A stretch of 64,000 nucleotides of DNA from an uncultured delta proteobacterium (GCA_963840855.1 CAWJBB010000085.1:1-64000); one strand, 5' to 3'; shown: positions 29,727-42,456, numbered from the stretch's first letter. Made by a program: numbers and translations. The notes: generated by a model from the letters alone, not told the origin.

Positions 29727-30530
29727 TCACAAGGTGCGCAGAAACTCCATCAGGTCAAGCATGTCCTTCTCCGTGAGTTTCTCGGTCGTCCCGGCCTTTT
29801 GCACGTATTCCCACATGAAGCGGACGGTCTCCTCGAGGGTCGCGAAGCGGCCGTCGTGCAAGTACGGGGCGGTAAGGGCGACGACGCGCAGCGAGGGAAC
29901 CTTGAACTTCCCTCCGGAAAAGACGTCCTCCACTTCCTTTTTGTCGTAGCTCGGTGGGACATGGCACGCCTGGCAGCCCGCACGCATGAAGACGTCGTAG
30001 CCGCGCTTGGCCGCGGCGGGCGCTGCACCCGCCGGCGTTCCGTCCGCGTTCAAGTTCGGATTAGGCGGATAGCCAAGCGACCTCACGTAGGCCTCCAGGG
30101 CGTCCAGCGTCGCCGGCGAGGGCTCCGGCCCCTTCATGCGATTTACAATGATGCCACGGATGTTGGCTTGCAGGCTCGGCGCGGTGCCCGCCCACGAGAA
30201 GGCCTGCCGCGTGCCCGCGCCCCAGAGGGTCGGCGTGCTGCGGCCTTTCGGGTCGCCGTCCGCTACGACGTCCAGCCCGACGTAGGTCTTGTTGTTGGTG
30301 TGACCGTGGTTCGGGTGGCAGGATGCGCATGACCACTTGCCGTCAGCCGAGAGCTTTACGTCGTTGAACAACTCCCGCCCCTTGGCGATGACCGGCGTCT
30401 CGGCGGCCTGCATGGGCGCCAATTCCTGTTGCGTCGCACAGCCGGTCGCCAGCGCGAGCGCGCAGGCAACGAAGACTGGCATGAGTCGGTTCCGTCGGCT
30501 CGACATAGGCCCCTCATTCAATTGACACAT
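29727..30530 (-). CDS. Di-heme cytochrome c lipoprotein (cytochrome c peroxidase/MauG-like)
   Basis: CASCH and CQACH heme motifs, TPTLWG, FKVPSLR..TAPYLHDG; lipobox LATGC. Confidence 0.85.
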   Translation of the reverse strand: MCQLNEGPMSSRRNRLMPVFVACALALATGCATQQELAPMQAAETPVIAKGRELFNDVKLSADGKWSCASCHPNHGHTNNKTYVGLDVVADGDPKGRSTPTLWGAGTRQAFSWAGTAPSLQANIRGIIVNRMKGPEPSPATLDALEAYVRSLGYPPNPNLNADGTPAGAAPAAAKRGYDVFMRAGCQACHVPPSYDKKEVEDVFSGGKFKVPSLRVVALTAPYLHDGRFATLEETVRFMWEYVQKAGTTEKLTEKDMLDLMEFLRTL

Positions 30531-30827
30531 GATAGGAATATTCTTTGAGAGGGATCAGCCATCGAGACTGGTAGTTGCCCCGACCATCTCCTAGATTCTT
30601 AACCAACCGCCTGAGAAAACAAACCGACCCTCTACCCGCCCATTGCAGAGAAAGTATCCGGTAACCATGTGTTATGTCAACGAGAGGAGTTTCCGTGGTC
30701 CTCTTTCATCCGCTCGCTCATAGTAGATTCAGCATGCGTATTCTTTAAATAATCGCATTGTAACGCGTTCCTCAGGTGTTATTATCAGAAACTATGGGTT
30801 TTCATCCTCGCTGGAGATGATCGGTGC

Positions 30828-32656
30828 TTGGGTTGGGGCGTGGCATCTTGGTTTGTTTTCTTTCTTCTTTGCTCTTCACCTTCGCTCGCCATGCCTGTTG
30901 AGGAGTTGGATCCGAACCGAGAATGGCGGACCAAAGATCTAATTATTTCCGGCAATAAAGAGATCGGCTCTTCAGAAGTGGAAGATGCATTATCGACAAA
31001 GACCCGCCCCTGGTACGCTCCATGGCGCGCCCGGCCGGTGTTCGATCCCGCAGTCTTTGCTTCCGATCTGGAACGCATCGTCAAGTTCTATCAAGACAAG
31101 GGCTATTACGAGACGAAGGTCACTCACGATTTGGCTGTGGATGACCAGGAAGGCTTGGTGACGGTCACGATTCACAGTCACCGAGGGAGAGCCTATTCGG
31201 GTGGCGCAGATCTCGGTCGATATCGTCGATGCGCCCGAACTAAAACCAGAAGTGGACGCGCTTCTCCGGAAACTCCCGCTTCGTGAAGGGGAGCTTTTTG
31301 CGGTCGACGCGTATCAGGGAACGGAGTCTCAAATAAGAGACTTCTTTTATGACAAAGGCCGGGCAGCGATTGCCATTCGCCGAAAAGCGGAGGTGATTCT
31401 CGACCGGCACGTGGCCAACGTGTCTTACACCCTGAGTGCCGGGCCGCAAACACAATTCGGCACAACCACGGTGGAGGGCCTGAAGGATGTCCAAGAAGCT
31501 GTTGTCCTGCAAGAGTTGATCTACAAGCCCGGCGAACAGTTCTCCGGCACGGCGCTCAGGACCACGGAAAAGAATCTCCGGGAGCTGGATTTATTCAGCC
31601 TAATCGTCATTGAACCGCAACCCGCTCCTCCCGATACCGCCGTCCCGGTCAAAATACGCCTCGAAGAGAAACCGCACCGCGAGATCCGTATCGGACTAGG
31701 CTTTGGCACCGAAGACAGGGTACGCGGTCAGATCCGCTGGCGTAACAACAACTGGCTCGGCGGCGCGCGCAGACTTGAAGTCGGAGCGAAGGTATCGTCT
31801 ATTGTGCGTGAACTGGATCTCCGTTTCGTTCAACCTCATTTCCTCGCCCCTGAGAACCGTTTTATGGTCAATTTTGGACCGCGCCAGTTCGACGAACCGG
31901 GTTACTTCTTGAACGCAACCCGGCTGGAGCCGAGGTTTGAGCGCAAATTTACCGATCGGCTTACCGGCTTCTTGGCGTATCGTGTGGAATACGACAAGTT
32001 ATCCAAAGTGCCCGAGGCATCGCTACAGGCCCTCGGACCGTTCGACCAAGAGGGACTGCTTTCCGGCCTCTCGGCAGGGTTTCTATGGAACAACGCAAAC
32101 GATCTGCTGAATCCTACCAGCGGCTGGACCCTTTCGTTTGCTGGAGAACAAGTCGGGCGGATTTCTCGGCGGTCGATACGATCTATACAAACTGCAAGGT
32201 GAGATCAAAGGGTACTACCCGCTGACCGAAAAGACGGTTTTCGCCTCGCGATTTAAACTGGCGTTCGCAGAGCCGTTGCAGAGCGGCGAGGAGGTGCCGC
32301 TCTTCGAACGCTATTACGCCGGCGGCGGCACCAGCGTGCGCGGCTACGGCCGGAGTCGCTTGGGACCTCTCTCTTCCTCTAATGATCCCTTGGGGGGACG
32401 AAGCTTGATCGAAGGATCCTTTGAGCTGCGTCGGCAATTTACCGAAAAAATCGGCGGCGCCTTGTTCGTCGATTTTGGACAGGTTTCGTTGCGATCGTTT
32501 GACGTACCCGTTGACAATCTAAAGTTCTCGGCCGGCTTTGGCGTGACTTATGCCACGCCCGTTGGACCGTTGCGTCTCGATATTGGCTTTCCCTTCAATC
32601 CGCCGCGCGGCGATCGGTCCTGGCAAATCCATTTCAGCTTAGGTCAGGCTTTCTAA
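30828..32656 (+). CDS. tamA: TamA/Omp85-family outer membrane protein, with frameshifts near 31180 and 32160
   Basis: POTRA-like segments, FERYYAGGGTSVRGY, TPVGPLRLDIGFP and a terminal GQAF, spread over three frames. Confidence 0.85.
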
Positions 32657-32665
32657 AGGACAAAT

Positions 32666-35600
32666 ATGCAAAGAAAACTATGGCGCCGGCTGTCCTGGTC
32701 CATCGGCATTTTCTTTTTGCTGGTCCTCGTCACTATCGTTGGGCTGCAATTCTATACTCGCACGCCGCAATTCCGCGCTTTACTGCGTGAAAAAATCTTG
32801 GCGGCTGCCAACGATGCGCTGAACGGCGAGATCCAATTCAAAGAGATTACCGGCTCCGTCTGGCGCGATCTCGAGTTCCATGACTTTGCCATCGTACAGA
32901 ACGGCGAACGGGTCCTGTCCGCGCCCGTGGTTTCCATCGACGTCGGCCTTTTGGGCCAGGTGATTGCGTACTTCAACTCCTCAACCCTGCGCATCGGGCA
33001 AATCGATATCGCCGGGCTCGATTTGAATCTGGTTCAGGACAAGGACAAAAGTTGGAACCTTGCCAAGCTGGTTAAGCAACCCGAAGAGCCGGAACAGCCC
33101 CTAAACCTGACGATCTTATTGCGCAATATCAATATTAAAGACGGCAAGCTTCAAGCGCGCTTGGCCGACGGCAAACAGGCGCGCATCACCGCCCTTTCTG
33201 GAGATCTCGATATCGATTTGCCGCCTTTGGGCGCCGAGATCAACGTGAACAAACTGGCTTTCGCGCTTTCCTCGGCCGGTGTTCCGGACAGCAACTGGTC
33301 GACGGCGTTGTTGTGGAAACAAAGCGACAAGACTTCTTCGCTCAACCTAAAGCAGCTAAACGTTGCCACGGCGCACTCGCGCGTGAATCTTAGCGGGACA
33401 ATCGACGACATCATCTCCTCGCCCACCACCGATTTGACCATAGATCTCAAGCGGATCGCCGTCAAAGATCTCAAGATGGTATCAGCCGCTCTCCCGTTGC
33501 AAGAGGACATCTCCGGCAGAATCCGCGCAACCGGGCCGCTGTCGGCATTGCAGCTTGCGGTCAATTTGGCAATGCCCAGTGGCCGGATCATCGCCTCCAC
33601 TCTCGCGGATTTGAAAAAAGACAAACCTCAATTGCAGGGGCGTTTGGAGCTCAAAGAATTTGTCGTTGATCGAGTGCTGGCATTACCGGCCATCAAAGGG
33701 AAGATAAATGCGCAGGTCGCGTTTAAAGGCGGCTCTCTCGACGATGCGCAAGTTACATTGCACGGACGCGCGTCAGGCTTGACCTTTCGAGAATGGACCA
33801 TCGGCCAAATGGCGCTCTCCAGTCAACTGCAAAACCGACGGGTCGCTTTCGATGCACGCTCCGAAGAGAAAAATGGCACCGCCGAGCTCAAGGGAGCCGT
33901 GGTGCTGTCGGACACGCCGAGCTACGAAGCCAGCCTTCGGACTCGGGCGTTCGATGTAAAAGGAGTCGCCGCGCTTCAACCCGGACTGCCAGAGGCTAAA
34001 ATCAATCTCGATGCTTGGGTCAAAGGGCGTGGAACAAATCCCGACACCATGGAGGCGGACACGCGGCTTACCTTGGACGGTTCAGTGGTAAACGGCATTC
34101 GGCTCGATCGAGCGCGAGCGGAAGGATCCGTCAGCAAGGGGGTCCTCGCTTTAAAGGAAGTCCGGCTTGCGGCCGACGGTTCGACTCTTGACGCCAGCGG
34201 GACGATCGCTTCCATCGCACAAAATGCCAAAGGTCGACTCACTTATGTTCTCGACTCGAAGGATATTCGTCCCTGGTTGAAGCTCGCCGGAATCGACGCC
34301 GGCGGCGGTCTCAGAGCCGATGGCACCATCGCCGGTTCATTGCAAACGCCGCAGCTCGACGGCAAGGCGAGCTTCAATCAGTTGCAGATGGCGGCTCATC
34401 GGGTGCAGAGCGGCGCGCTTCGATGGACGCTCGCCGGCTCGCGCGGCAATTCCTGGCAGGGCAAAATCGACCTCACCGCGCAACATGTGACCGCCGGTAT
34501 CTCACTGACGAGCCTCGAAGCGCACGTGAACGTGGACGGAACCCGCCCGGTCGCGCTCAACGCCGCGATCGTGGCCCGCGACGTCGACCAGCGCGTGCAA
34601 CGCGTGAACGCCCGCGTGACCCAGGCCGGCGGGCGCAGCGAAATTATGCTGCGCCAATTGAGCCTGCAGCTGCCCGACGGTACCTGGCGCAACGTCAGAC
34701 CCGCTCATCTCTTCGTCGCAGGAAAAAACGTTAACATCGATGATTTCGTTTTGCAGCGTGAAGCACGAACTTTAGATATCAAAGGAGCTGTCGGAGTCGA
34801 GGGGCCGCAAGATCTTTCGGTTCGGATGAACGGTTTTTCCCTCGCCGATCTCCGCCCCTATTGGAAAACCGCGCCGGATGTTACGGGAAGCTTGAATTTG
34901 ACGCTGCAGGTCAAGGGCACGGCAAGCCAACCATTGATCGACACAACCATGAACGTCGATAAATTGAGCGTCGCGGGTCAGACCTATGCCGGTCTCACGG
35001 CACGGAGCTCCTATCAGAACGAGCGTCTCAACGTCGAACTTCGCCTGCTGCAGGACAACGTCCATCGACTTAATGTTAACGGAATGCTGCCGGTATACCT
35101 CGGGTGGGGCGGAGATCGATCGATAGCGGTGACCGGAGATACCAATTTGCGGATTCAATCGGACGCATTGAGCCCCACGTTCGCGGGCGCCTTCAGCAAA
35201 GAGATCGACAACCTCAAGGGCAATCTGAGCATGGACATTGTTCTGCGTGGCCCGCTGCAAGCTCTTGCGCCCAATGGAACCATCCAGTTTCAAAACGGCG
35301 GCGTCAGGGTCCGTCCTCTCGGGCTGTCGCTGAGCGACATTGGTTTGCAGGCCAATCTGACTCCGGGAGCGATCCAGATAAGTCACTTCACCGTGCGATC
35401 CGGCAGCGGACAACTGAGCGGAACGGGACGGCTCGCGATCAAGGACAGTAGCATCACCGATATCGCAGCCAATCTAAAAACTCAGGATTTCCAGGTGATG
35501 AACACGCAGGGGTACAATGCCAACGCATCGGGAAGTCTAACGGCGTCAGGGAATCTTCAAAAGCCCGTTGTTCGCGGCGATCTAACCGTAAAAGGCACTT

Positions 35601-36476
35601 TGCGTCCGGATATGGGGATGCTGAAAGGCGGTGGAAAGGCCGCCCAGGATAAAACCATCGTGGTTGTCCGAAACGAGAGTGAGCTGTCCGCGCAAGCGGC
35701 AGGAGCGACTGAAAAAGACAGCAGCGGAAAAAGCAGCTCCGGTTCACCAGAAGAAGACTCGCTTTTTCAACGGCTGCGCCTCGATGTGGCGGCCGGAATA
35801 TCGCGAGGTACTTGGATCTACCTGGACGAAGGTTCGGTCGAAGTGACGGGACAGCTAAGAATCAAAAAAGAGCCCAACGAAACAATTGACGGTCGCCGGC
35901 AACGTACAGGGCTCCCATGGTTGGTATTCGTTTCAGGGTCGCAGGTTTCAGATGGAAAAAGCAGAACTGCACTTTACGGGAGGAAGTCAAATCGATCCCA
36001 GCCTGGACATCATCGCCCGCTCCAAGGTCTCGCAGTACGAGGTTGATCTGGTGATCGGTGGCTACGCGAGCAAACCGACCCTTACGTTGCGCAGCGACCC
36101 GTCGCTAGAGCAGGCCGAAATTCTCTCCGTGCTGTTGTTCGGCAAACGGACGACAGATCTTGGTCAGGGCGAAAAGAACACGCTGCAGAACCAGGCGTTG
36201 AAAACAGCCGCGAACTTTATCAGCTCTGACTTGCGGCAATCCGTCGCCGGCAAGCTCGGCGTGGACACCCTCGATTTCGGCGTCGGTGACGACGGCGCAG
36301 AAGTGTCAGCGGGAAAATATGTCACGCAAGATGTGTTCGTCTCGACCAAGATCGGCGGCGAAAAGCAGCAGGAATATGCCGTCGAATACGACATCTCGCC
36401 CAACTGGCAAATCAAAAGCTCGACCAACCCTGAAGGCAACAGCGGGGTCGACATTTTCTGGCGCAAGCGGTATTAA
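32666..36476 (+). CDS. tamB: TamB translocation/assembly module protein, with a frameshift near 35885
   Basis: N-terminal TM anchor, long beta-rich body, DUF490-like C-terminus (DPSLDI, LRSDPSL...ILS.LLFG, GKYVT); directly follows tamA. Confidence 0.85.
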
Positions 36477-36566
36477 GTTTCCCCGCTCGCAGGTCCGGCA
36501 CTCCGAAGCCCCGCTTCCAAGTCTTCAATGATTTCCTGGGCGACGACTTCGGGGTCGCCTTTCGCT

Positions 36567-37346
36567 TCAGGAACTCCCGGCCGCTGCGATCTTATCGGTC
36601 ACCGGCGCGTCGCTTGCGGCTTTGGTTTGGCCACCGCGCTGCCGAGTACGCCACATATCCAGATAGTCCAGCACCTCCTGCAGCGCCACGACATCGGCAT
36701 ATTTTTGATTCATGTCGAAGAGATTCATGGCGTGAGTCGTCTCATGTCGATCGAACACGCACTCCTCGACAACCATCATACGGAAACGATAGGTGCATCC
36801 ATCAACAACGCTCGCGCGCACGCAACCGCTCGTGCTCTCGCCGCAAGCAATGATCGTATCAACGTGAAGCGCGTTAAGGTGCCCGATCAACGGGGTGCCC
36901 CAGAATGCGCTTGGCCCAGCCTTGCGCAGAACCGTTTCACCCGAAAGCGGCTCTACTTCGTCAATAATTTCATAACGGCGCGTGAAACGGTCCCGCGCTT
37001 CAGGGTCTCTATTCGCCTGAAGCTCCGACTCGCGCTGAGGCGAGCGCGGCGCCACGCCGGCGCCGTCCAGGCCGGTCGTGTGGACGACCGGAATACCCAC
37101 CTCACGTGACTTGGCTAGCAGTTTTTGAATCTGCGGGATGGCGCTCCAGCCCTCCAAGCCGCAGCTACTCGGCCATTTTTTCATCGCTTCCAAAATCGGT
37201 TCAGGTTTATCCCCGAATACCCACCGATAAAGATCTATGAGGAGCAATGCGGGCTTCTCGCCGAAACCACGCCGGCGCGGCGGCCGCATCGCTAAATGAG
37301 CGCGGTCGCGCTCAGTTAGATACTGGTCCCAAACTCGCTGTGCCAT
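36567..37346 (-). CDS. Isochorismatase-family cysteine hydrolase
   Basis: PALLLID, K..PSAF.GT and GESTSGCVRAS motifs. Confidence 0.92.
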   Translation of the reverse strand: MAQRVWDQYLTERDRAHLAMRPPRRRGFGEKPALLLIDLYRWVFGDKPEPILEAMKKWPSSCGLEGWSAIPQIQKLLAKSREVGIPVVHTTGLDGAGVAPRSPQRESELQANRDPEARDRFTRRYEIIDEVEPLSGETVLRKAGPSAFWGTPLIGHLNALHVDTIIACGESTSGCVRASVVDGCTYRFRMMVVEECVFDRHETTHAMNLFDMNQKYADVVALQEVLDYLDMWRTRQRGGQTKAASDAPVTDKIAAAGSS

Positions 37347-37429
37347 AAAACACCTCCATGTTTATTTTGTAGTAGATAACATGACTATTTCTTGAAGCTT
37401 TTGCAAAATAGCCTGGCACTCTCGTCTCC

Positions 37430-38317
37430 CTACGGGAGGCCCGCCAATTGCCTCGGGTTGCGTCGGGCCATGTAGTCCACCTCTTCCGGCGCCATGCCGT
37501 GGTTCAGCAAGGTCGCAATGAACATCCGTAAACCCTCCGGTGGCGGCGGCGTGGCATAAGCGCCGAAATCGGTGCTGATGATGCATCGCTCAGGGCCGAT
37601 TTCCCGGATTGCCTCTACCGTTTCCTTCGGAGTGGAGGTTTTGGCGCGGGTGAAGGGCATCATCGAAACGAAAGTGTGTTCAACGGTAGCGCCGAGATCC
37701 GCCAACTGTTTGGCTTCTGCGACCGTGTAACGGCAAGAATTCTTCGACAGCGGGTGATTGGCGATGATCCGTTCGATCCCCTTCTCCCTGGCCGCCTTCA
37801 CAATGGCCGAAGCCTCGGGAAACGACACGTGACCGGTGCCCAGGAGCATGTCATAACGCAACACCAAATCGAGAATTTCATGGACCTCGGGTAGCAGCTT
37901 GCCTTCGGCGTCAAGGACGTAAATCCCCTTATCGTCGCCCCGGCCGCCTTCGACGAGCGTGCTGTTGTGATGAGCGGCATGATGCGTGGGAAACCAGAGA
38001 ATGCGCGCCCCAAGCTCACCGGCCATGCGCACCGCGTGGGGGTTCAATCCGCCGACCGTCTTGTTGAGCGTAATTCCGCCGAGGAGCGTAATTCCAGAGA
38101 CCATGCGGCTCGCCAGGCTTGCCAAGGATGCGGTCACCTGTTGGTGGCTCTTGCAAGCCACCGCCGGTTGCCCTGCGGCTTTGGCCATTTCGCCCACCTG
38201 TGCGACGTCGTAGCGGCGGGTCCCGCCCGCGCGGTGGGAAGGATCCGGACCCACGTGTACATGAAGATCAATAGAACCGACGAGCAGGTCATCAATGATA
38301 GTGTCTTTGTACGTCAC
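37430..38317 (-). CDS. Amidohydrolase-fold protein (DUF6282-like)
   Basis: DLHVH.GP, KSH, GGLNP.AV, TGH, NHP and STDFG motifs. Confidence 0.75.
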   Translation of the reverse strand: MTYKDTIIDDLLVGSIDLHVHVGPDPSHRAGGTRRYDVAQVGEMAKAAGQPAVACKSHQQVTASLASLASRMVSGITLLGGITLNKTVGGLNPHAVRMAGELGARILWFPTHHAAHHNSTLVEGGRGDDKGIYVLDAEGKLLPEVHEILDLVLRYDMLLGTGHVSFPEASAIVKAAREKGIERIIANHPLSKNSCRYTVAEAKQLADLGATVEHTFVSMMPFTRAKTSTPKETVEAIREIGPERCIISTDFGAYATPPPPEGLRMFIATLLNHGMAPEEVDYMARRNPRQLAGLP

Positions 38318-38361
38318 GCGGGTCTCCTTTCAGTCGCGCCTATTTCGATTCGCTCTATACA

Positions 38362-39537
38362 TCAGCTTAGAATTCGTTCCCCGTAAAGTTTAACGGCGTT
38401 ATCCCACAGAATTTTGCGCTTCGCTTCTTCCGGTATCGGTTGCGCGTCAAATTCCGGCAGCGCTTTCGCCGGTTCGATGCCGTCGAGATGCGGATAGTCG
38501 GTGTTCCACACAATGTTCTCCCCTTTGAGGTGTGCCACCGCATAAGGCAATCCGCTTTCATCGCTATCGCAGGCCACCGTGCATTGGCGCAGAAAATATT
38601 CGCTCGGCAACATCGTTAGACTTTTTGGCTTTCCCATGACGCTATAGCGGCCATGGGAATGGGCGTCCATTCGTCCGAGCCAGAACGGGAGCCAACCGGC
38701 GTTGGATTCCAAAATCGCCAGGCGGAGCTTGGGATACCGCTCGAGAATACCGGTGAATATGAAATGGCCCATGGTCGCCATGTTGTCGCAGGGAAAACCG
38801 ATGGCGTGGTCCACGGATCGCAGGGCTTGAAAATCATGAACCTCGCCACCGTCTTCCGCTTGCTCGACTTCTCGGAATCCTCTGAAAGGTTGCACGCGGT
38901 AACGCGACTCACCATGGACGGCAACGGGAAAGTTCAATTCGCAGGCTAATTGCCAAAGGGCGTTGTACGCTTTCTCGTGCAACCACTTGCCGCGGGGCAA
39001 TAACGGGTTCCTGACGGATACTGCGCCGAGCTCCGCCACTGCCCGGCGCGCCTCCCTGACAATTTCGTCGACGTCCGCGCCCGGCACCACCGCGATGAAG
39101 TGCAGCCGCTTAGGATTCACACTGCAGTAATCATGGGCCCAATTGTTATAGGCCCGGCAATAGGCCGCGCCAAGTTCCGCGTCCTTGAGGGCCACCGTGC
39201 AACCGAAGTTGCCGTTGCTCCCCGTGGGCAAAAGAACCTGGATATCCCACCCGTGACGGTCCATGTCCTTGAGTCTTGTTTCCGGCGCCCACCATGTGCG
39301 ATAGGCCTCGCCGTACTTCTCTTCCATGATTTTAAACGACTCCGGCGGCGGACCCTTAACCTGTTTTTCGTCCTTTGGGATAATCTTTCCATCCGGCTCA
39401 TAGATCATGAATGTCCCGTTCATATGAGCCACTCTGGGAGCGCGCTTCCGATACTTCGATTCCAGATAGCGATCCCACATGTCTTGCGGTTCATGCATAT
39501 GAGCGTCGGCATCGATGACTTTAAATCCTTTCCACAT
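38362..39537 (-). CDS. Amidohydrolase_2 family protein
   Basis: IDADAH..EP, ESNAGWLP, TDYPH.D and ILWDNA motifs. Confidence 0.92.
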   Translation of the reverse strand: MWKGFKVIDADAHMHEPQDMWDRYLESKYRKRAPRVAHMNGTFMIYEPDGKIIPKDEKQVKGPPPESFKIMEEKYGEAYRTWWAPETRLKDMDRHGWDIQVLLPTGSNGNFGCTVALKDAELGAAYCRAYNNWAHDYCSVNPKRLHFIAVVPGADVDEIVREARRAVAELGAVSVRNPLLPRGKWLHEKAYNALWQLACELNFPVAVHGESRYRVQPFRGFREVEQAEDGGEVHDFQALRSVDHAIGFPCDNMATMGHFIFTGILERYPKLRLAILESNAGWLPFWLGRMDAHSHGRYSVMGKPKSLTMLPSEYFLRQCTVACDSDESGLPYAVAHLKGENIVWNTDYPHLDGIEPAKALPEFDAQPIPEEAKRKILWDNAVKLYGERILS

Positions 39538-39782
39538 AACCAGCTCCTTTTCCGTCGCCCGTTGTCACACGTTATTCGCATCCAACTTATGCCAATTCGA
39601 GTCCGACAGGCAAATCCCGGGAGACTTACGGGTGAATCACGACCGGGGCAAGATTTTTTAGTCGAGAACTGCGCGAGCGGGAAGTCGTAGAATTTTTTCA
39701 GGATCTTGATCTGAAAAAGGTCGAGTCATTCGGGGAAAGCAAACAACCACCGGCGTTCGTCGATACGTGATGTCTTCCCTGC

Positions 39783-40238
39783 TCAACTATTTAGGAGGCC
39801 CACTTGTCGAAGCACACTCGCGTGGTCCCAATAGATTCGCTCACAAGCGAGTTTATCGCCACGAAACTGCGCGACCACGACGACATCAACGACGATCTTC
39901 CTCTGGGTCGGGGCTAGGTTTGGCAAAAACCACGGCATTGGCTTGCTATGAGTAAAACTAAGTCGCAATTCATCGACGAGTTGTCCCTCACCGACTACAC
40001 GGTTGATCGCCACCATTTCCAGATCATCGGGCCATGAAGGAATAAAGTCGTCCCGATAGAAGCGCCGCAACGCATTTTTTCCCCGGCCGCCCGTATTTAC
40101 AGGCATGTGGTTGACATAAGCGTCGTCCACCATCGTGGCCAGGGTCGCTTCCACATCTTTGCTATCGAACTCTCCTTTCAGGTGTTCCGCCCACCGCTGC
40201 TCCAGCTGTTGAGGAGAGAGAACTTCTTGCTCGGTCAT
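39783..40238 (-). CDS. SnoaL-like/ester cyclase family protein
   Basis: HL..EF..DVEATLATM, NH.P..TGG, VDE and ERIYWD motifs. Confidence 0.85.
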   Translation of the reverse strand: MTEQEVLSPQQLEQRWAEHLKGEFDSKDVEATLATMVDDAYVNHMPVNTGGRGKNALRRFYRDDFIPSWPDDLEMVAINRVVGEGQLVDELRLSFTHSKPMPWFLPNLAPTQRKIVVDVVVVAQFRGDKLACERIYWDHASVLRQVGLLNS

Positions 40239-40488
40239 CTTTTGCTCCTTCCACGGGATGGCGCCGTCAATCAATTGCTCGTTTTCCTGGACAGAAAGTC
40301 TCAAGGAAACCTTATAGTTACCTTATTATTCCTAAACCATTTCACGAATTTCTCGAGGGCAACTTCGCGGTCTTCGACCCCTCGACGTGTTCTCGGCCTG
40401 GCCCCGATGCCGCGAGAAACGCGCATCGCAAAGTCTTTGTGCTCTGACGACCGCATCGGCAAGCGAACTCTCGACGGTTTCGCGCCCT

Positions 40489-40974
40489 TTATCCCGCTCT
40501 GTTCGTCATCAGATCCCAACCCTCTTTGATGGGCACATCAAGCGAGCCATCAGGTTTGATCCGGGTGTATTCCGTTTCGATCTTAGTAAAGCGCAAACTT
40601 ACTTGATCTGTCGGCGGATCACCAGAAGGGACACTAGCAGCGGTCTGGTATGACGCCACGGTGATATCAGTCAGCGTCCATTTGAGAAATTCAACCGGGT
40701 TCCCGCCGGAGTGACGCACGGTGAGAACAGCGTTTTTGATGCGCGTTCCATTGGCGCAGGCCAGAAATAGTTTTGGCGACGCCCTATTCACGTGCATAGT
40801 AAAATGAAAGTCCTGCATCGTTACGCTGCCTGCGGCGGCACCAGCTCCGCTGCCCGCTACTGCGGGCTGTGACTCACCCCACGTATAGGCAAGAACATCG
40901 ATTTCGTCGCTGTGGTGGGTATCCGTCGATTCGCCCTGGATTCCGTCAATTTTAAGAAACATGTCGATAGCCAT
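40489..40974 (-). CDS. hcp: Hcp (T6SS tube) family protein, orphan in this window
   Basis: MFLKIDGIQGES.D..H..EI.V..Y.WG, ASPKLF.AC..G and GWDL..N motifs. Confidence 0.92.
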   Translation of the reverse strand: MAIDMFLKIDGIQGESTDTHHSDEIDVLAYTWGESQPAVAGSGAGAAAGSVTMQDFHFTMHVNRASPKLFLACANGTRIKNAVLTVRHSGGNPVEFLKWTLTDITVASYQTAASVPSGDPPTDQVSLRFTKIETEYTRIKPDGSLDVPIKEGWDLMTNRAG

Positions 40975-41156
40975 TTGAGCCTCCGGCAACTAACTCCGAA
41001 TTCAAGGTTAATTTGTCGCCCTCATCTGCATAACGCTGTCAATCGGCTTTCGTCTCTGGCCTGGAAAATCTCCAGGCGGGCCTTCTGGTCTTTTGTTTGG
41101 AACTTCAAAAACTCTGAATGTCCTCTTTTCTCGCTCTCGAGCCATGGTGGCGAACT

Positions 41157-41447
41157 CTAGGGTCGGTTTCGATCTTCCATGTCGTCGGGGGACGAGGGTT
41201 TGTCCGGCGGAGGTGGCGTATTTTTCGGTTGAGGCAGATTTGACTTGGGATTTCGCAGTTGACGTAAATACTCCGCCCTGGATGGAAACGATTTCCCTGC
41301 ATAGGGGCCTTGATGGCAGTGATAGTTTCCTTGCTTCGGATCGCTGTGGCAACCGTAGCCATCGACAAGACCGCCGTGCGCATCAGCGATACCCGGAGTC
41401 AAAAACAGAAGTCCAAAGAACTGCAGGAGCACAAGTAGTGATGTCAT
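41157..41447 (-). CDS. YHYH-domain secreted small protein
   Basis: Signal peptide followed by HGG.VD..GCH...GNYHCH. Confidence 0.75.
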   Translation of the reverse strand: MTSLLVLLQFFGLLFLTPGIADAHGGLVDGYGCHSDPKQGNYHCHQGPYAGKSFPSRAEYLRQLRNPKSNLPQPKNTPPPPDKPSSPDDMEDRNRP

Positions 41448-41494
41448 TGGAAAGCCTCTCCCCGACTAGGAATCAAAGTTCCCTTTAATTTTCA

Positions 41495-41775
<281 letters not shown>

Positions 41776-41832
41776 GGAAGTCGTCGTGGTTTCCGACCAG
41801 AAAATCAGAACGTCCCCGTTTCTTCTCCTTCC

Positions 41833-42456
41833 CTATTTACCTCTTAAGTCAACCCCGGAGACCTCTGACAATGCTTCATCAGTGCGACGCTCAATTACCG
41901 CGGGATCATCTGTCTCACCTTTTGAGAAAACAATTTTCGCAGCCATCCGGAAATCAGCTTCTAATCGATCCTCCGAAGCGGTCCGATTTTGACGAGGACC
42001 TTCACGATCGAGCGTGATAGCCCCCTGCCAAGCAGGTAAATTAGCAGCAATAGCCCCTATTCGTACACCTATGTAAAGAAGGATCGATTCCGCGATCGAA
42101 CAGCCACCAGCACGGCATGCGTGGTAAAACATGCGGTCCGCTGCGCGGCGCGCTTTCCCGTCTCCTCCCGCCTCATCGCAGGCTTTGTCGTGCACAATAG
42201 AAGCACGGCGATAGTCTCCCGTGTAGGGTGAACCGACCAAAGTCCAAAGCGCTCGCGGGATCGAAGCTCCGTCCACCGCGTACTCTGATGGAACGAACCA
42301 CTCTTTTTTCTTCGGATCCCGAAACCAAAACGGCTTCAATAAGCACATGCGGCGATCCGTCTCCGCTTCGGTTAACCAAACGGTTTCAGGGTCTCCGGAG
42401 AAGCTGCCGTGGTTGAATTTTGCTTTTCGTTTGGAACGCACAGAGGCGCGATTCAT
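41833..42456 (-). CDS. DUF1353-domain protein
   Basis: VP....DGASIPRALW..G.P..G.Y..ASIVHD..C and AD.MF motifs. Confidence 0.85.
   Translation of the reverse strand: MNRASVRSKRKAKFNHGSFSGDPETVWLTEAETDRRMCLLKPFWFRDPKKKEWFVPSEYAVDGASIPRALWTLVGSPYTGDYRRASIVHDKACDEAGGDGKARRAADRMFYHACRAGGCSIAESILLYIGVRIGAIAANLPAWQGAITLDREGPRQNRTASEDRLEADFRMAAKIVFSKGETDDPAVIERRTDEALSEVSGVDLRGK

Noticed and set aside
40489-40974. Complete type VI secretion locus or prophage
   Set aside because: No other T6SS or phage structural genes are in the window.
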